Part shown: piece after piece, positions 60,728 through 64,000 of the stretch | How positions within the stretch are numbered: position 1 is the stretch's first letter | Layout of the letters: each line of letters opens with the position of its first letter | Assembly: GCA_047495785.1 (NCBI GenBank) | Contig: JBLDXI010000110.1 | Location: 1 to 64,000, forward strand | Direction: 5' to 3' | DNA length: 64,000 bases | Source: Lepidodermella squamata | Lineage: Eukaryota > Animalia > Gastrotricha | Notes under the pieces: generated by a model | Database searches by the model: none | The model's input: only the letters and a program-made list of their open reading frames with translations | Told to the model about the DNA's origin: nothing | Made by a program: the position numbers and the translations under genes

Positions 60728-61042
60728 TAGCTTAAACTTGTAGTGAAAACATCATTCGTGTCAGCACTCGATCGAGCGAACAATCGAACGGCTAATCGCG
60801 GTCAAGCTGCAAAGCGGTCTCAGCAACTTTTAAACAGTGTTGTTAACTCTAGGGTCGACTCGAATCCATTTGGATTTTATTTATCTTAATAATTTTTCTT
60901 ATTTTCAAATTGTCAGAGTGCACCGCGTGCAATCCCGCCGTGCGATTGGCATTACAATTGTTTGTTTGTTTTTGTTTTTCAAAAATCACCGTAGCACATC
61001 CACACACCCCATTCATATAAGCCAAAATCACCGTAACCCACG

Positions 61043-62467
61043 ATGTCATCGCGCAGGAGCCGTAAATCAATGTTCGACGCGGTTACTTTGGATTTGCGCC
61101 ACATTAATAGCATTCCGTTCAATCGCAACAACCACACAATGGCAGGTTATATTAGGTCAGAGAACCTTCGGTTTAACGCGGCCAACTTGCAGGGCCACGA
61201 AAGAGGCACGCTGCTTAGGATGGGTCTGACTAGCGGGGGTTTGGGCGATCTTTTCCAGGCATGTGAGGACGAACTAGCAACCAGCCTGAGTTGGGAAACT
61301 CTAACAAACCTTTTGATAAAGAAATACGACGGCGAAATCCACACCCACCAGGCAAAACAGTTGCTTAACAACTGCTCACAGGGTAACAGGCCCATGTGGG
61401 AGTTCATAGCAGAAATGAATAAATACGCGGAGATTGCGTGCCCAGGGGAGGACGCGAGAGCGATCGAAATTAGGGAAGGGGCGGTTATGCAGCAGCTCGT
61501 GCAAGGCATGACTAACAGGCGTCTGGCCCAGGAAATCAGCAAGAAGCAAGGGCATAATAAATTGACGAAAATGAGCGAGGTCCTTAAGTGGATCGAAGAA
61601 GAGAACGCGGCAGCCTCAAGATTGGCGGCAACGGCACAGCCAGCCATGGTAAACGCCGTAGAAACCACGAAAATCGCAGAACAAGAAGCTTTCGCGTTGG
61701 GGTATCAAGAAGCCCTGAAGCAATTCCAACTCCAACAGCATTTCCAGGCACCAGTAGAGACGCTTCAAGCCCCTACACCTCAGCCACAGATGAACGTAGG
61801 GTACAGCCACACCTCCAGTTTCATCCCAAGATACGAGGCCACACCTTTCACAGGGAATCAGCAAGCGGAGACGCCAAGACTACAGCCGGTAGAGACTCCG
61901 AGACCCTCAGCGAGACTCACGTCATCAACGACCACGATAAACGCGGTAAGTAGGAGTGAGCCCGACCTCCCAAAATCAGTCCTAGAACGATTTGCAGCGC
62001 AGGACAAAAAGTTCGAAGATCTGCAAGACGTGCTGGAGAAGTTAATCAGGGTGGTACAGCCCATTGCAGCATCTTCGCCAATGCCGGGAGCGCCAGGGGG
62101 AGGATTGCTCCGCAGTAGATCCCCAGCCCCTCGGGAGAACTGGAGCAACGAATCATCGAACAGAGCACCGGGCGTAACCGGAATCACGAACGCACCCGTG
62201 AAAGCGGCGCTAACCAGGCCGGGAGATCAATCGATCAGGAACATCGGCGACAGCCTCCGAAGGATCTCATTCTCGCCGAATCGCAACCAGCGCAGCGTAT
62301 CACGGGACCGCAGCCAGAACAGGGGTTGCAGAACTTGTGGCTCAGGAACCCACAGAGAGCAATGGTGCCCGCAGACACACGAAGGATTGAACGAAGTCAG
62401 TTGCTTCGGATGTGGAGCTGACGACCATCTGTCGTCATCATCATCCTGCCCACGAAAAAACCAGTAA
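61043..62467 (+). CDS. gag: Gypsy Gag (474 aa)
   Basis: Capsid-like helical region (W..L...L...Y; QG......F) and two C-terminal knuckles CRTC....H....C and CFGC....H......C. Confidence 0.9.
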   Translation: MSSRRSRKSMFDAVTLDLRHINSIPFNRNNHTMAGYIRSENLRFNAANLQGHERGTLLRMGLTSGGLGDLFQACEDELATSLSWETLTNLLIKKYDGEIHTHQAKQLLNNCSQGNRPMWEFIAEMNKYAEIACPGEDARAIEIREGAVMQQLVQGMTNRRLAQEISKKQGHNKLTKMSEVLKWIEEENAAASRLAATAQPAMVNAVETTKIAEQEAFALGYQEALKQFQLQQHFQAPVETLQAPTPQPQMNVGYSHTSSFIPRYEATPFTGNQQAETPRLQPVETPRPSARLTSSTTTINAVSRSEPDLPKSVLERFAAQDKKFEDLQDVLEKLIRVVQPIAASSPMPGAPGGGLLRSRSPAPRENWSNESSNRAPGVTGITNAPVKAALTRPGDQSIRNIGDSLRRISFSPNRNQRSVSRDRSQNRGCRTCGSGTHREQWCPQTHEGLNEVSCFGCGADDHLSSSSSCPRKNQ

Positions 62468-62505
62468 ACAGCAGACGGAAGGCGAGCGACACCGCACCCG
62501 TCTGC
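62455..62505 (+). promoter_or_regulatory. Programmed -1 ribosomal frameshift signal (gag-pol)
   Basis: Slippery heptamer A AAA AAC in the gag frame (62455-62461), a 9-nt spacer, then an 8-bp stem GCAGACGG/CCGTCTGC. pol is in the -1 frame. Confidence 0.8.
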
Positions 62506-64000
62506 GTAGTTAGGGAAAACGGACAGCAAAGAGAATTAGATGAAAATAACTTAGTTAGTGCGAAACGAATGCTGTCCGCTACCGTTGAATTCCGTCGCGG
62601 CAAAAACGTTGAGATCGCGTCAGCGTTAATTGACACAGGGGCCGCAGTCACTATCATGAACAAAACAATTTTCAGTAAATTAGGGGGCCAGCTGGAACAG
62701 CAAAATTCGAGATTGGCCGGTATAGGCGGCAATGAATTAAAAACAGTTGGCCGCAGCAATCAAAGATTCCACCTCAGCAACCTACCGTTTACATTTGATT
62801 TCGTCGTAGTCGAAGGAATTGGCCATGAGATCGTTATCGGGTTAGATTTCTTAGTGGCACACCGTTGTCTCATCGATTTGGACGACGGCATGTTAATATT
62901 TCGAATCGGTTCGCAGCATTGGAGTGTCAGATTACCTAGAGTCGAAGAAAAAAGGATCTTACACGATGACGAATACTTCAGCAAAAACCAACCTTCCGCG
63001 CTCCCGTTCTTACACTACCATGCAGAAAGTTGGCATAACACCAGAGATGATATTTCCGATGATGAAGGTTTCGAAGAAGATGAGAGAAAGTTCGTCCCCA
63101 TTCCCGATGATAAGCAACTCAACGAAGAAGAAACAGCGGAGAAGGTCAGCAAATTCATATCAGATCCGGGATTCGCTGAGGGCCTGGAAAAAGAGGGCGA
63201 CAAAGAAAGTATGCGCAACGTAGTGAAGGACTTCAAGGATTGCTTCTCTTGGGATGGGCGAGTCCGGCAAACACACCTCAGAGAGTATAAGATCAAACTC
63301 ACGAATGAGACGCCGTTCAAAGCCAAACCGCGGCGAAAGCCTCAGAAGCATCAGGACCTCGAGGATGAGTACGTCGAGAAAATGTTAAAGGCGGGGGTGA
63401 TCGAGGAATCCGAAGCTGCGTGGTGTACACACATGGTGTTGGTCCGAAAGAAGGGAACCAACGAACTTCGCCCAACCATGGACTACCGCGGAGTTATCAA
63501 GCAGACAGAAGATGAGATGAGCGTGATGCCTAACACAACGGAAATACTTGAAATGGCCGCAGGGCATAAATTCTATGCAGTACTAGATTTGCACAGCGCG
63601 TACTGGTCTATTCCGATCAACGATGAACTGACAAAAAACATCACAACGTTCAAAACAAGGGCAGGATGCTTTCGGTTCCGGGTTTTACCATTTGGCCTTA
63701 AGGCCGCGCCGAACGAATTTACAAGACTAATGAACCAAGTTCTCCGAGGTTTAGTTTGGAAAATTTGCGGCCTACTAATCGATGATTGCCTGGTCTGGGC
63801 CGATTCGATAGAACAGCTAGAAAGGAGAATCCGCAGAGTCATGCAAAGGATCCGAGAAGCGAACTTGTGGCTCAAGCCAGAAAAGTGCCACTTTGGAGTG
63901 ACTGAAGCTGAGTTCCTAGGTTTTGAAGTGTCCGAGAGCGGTATCCACGCAACCCCCGATAAACTCGAGTCATTGCGTAATTACGAGAAGCCGAAGACGG
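62461..64000 (+). CDS. pol: Gypsy Pol (aspartic protease plus RT), partial, no stop to the window edge
   Basis: LIDTGA (DTG at 62632-62640), IGLDFL, DYR, LDLHSAYW, LPFGL, LIDD (63775-63786), KPEKCHF, FLG. Confidence 0.93.

Larger units (their letters stand above)
59912..64000 (+). mobile_element. Young Ty3/Gypsy LTR retrotransposon, runs off the window end
   Basis: LTR ends ...CGTCTCA at 60711 (candidate start TGAGGCG at 59912, uncertain), with AATAAA at 60627 and 60666, then PBS, intact gag and open pol. Confidence 0.9.

Overview
This is eukaryotic DNA from an invertebrate, probably a protostome; the species cannot be named from the sequence alone. The window spans the edge of an rDNA array and about 56 kb of transposon-rich, shuffled flank. 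Bases 1-7.7 kb hold one rDNA unit on the minus strand (18S-ITS1-5.8S-ITS2-28S). Its 18S lacks roughly the first 140 nt, being cut off by a poly(A)-tailed insert, and an intact 5S gene lies convergently about 230 bp past the 28S 3' end. The flank contains Helitron/Helentron-type, hAT-like and Tc1/mariner-pogo MITEs, Jockey/I-like and CR1-like LINEs (one near full length), three decayed Gypsy remnants, and a young Gypsy element running off the right edge with a -1 frameshift signal and an atypical LIDD RT motif. Host-type sequences with very short (46-59 nt) introns include an F-box/FBA-like gene, a RING-B-box-coiled-coil-ankyrin gene with one frameshift, duplicated ankyrin and myotubularin fragments, a hemicentin-like Ig fragment fused to a LINE RT, and an unknown coiled-coil family. 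The best candidate for something undescribed is a TA-flanked, TIR-bounded pogo/Fot1-type DNA transposon (13595-15488). Its DNA-binding HTH domains run directly into an OTU deubiquitinase domain with the catalytic Cys and His present, where the DDE domain should be. All domain calls are by eye and need HMM/BLAST confirmation.
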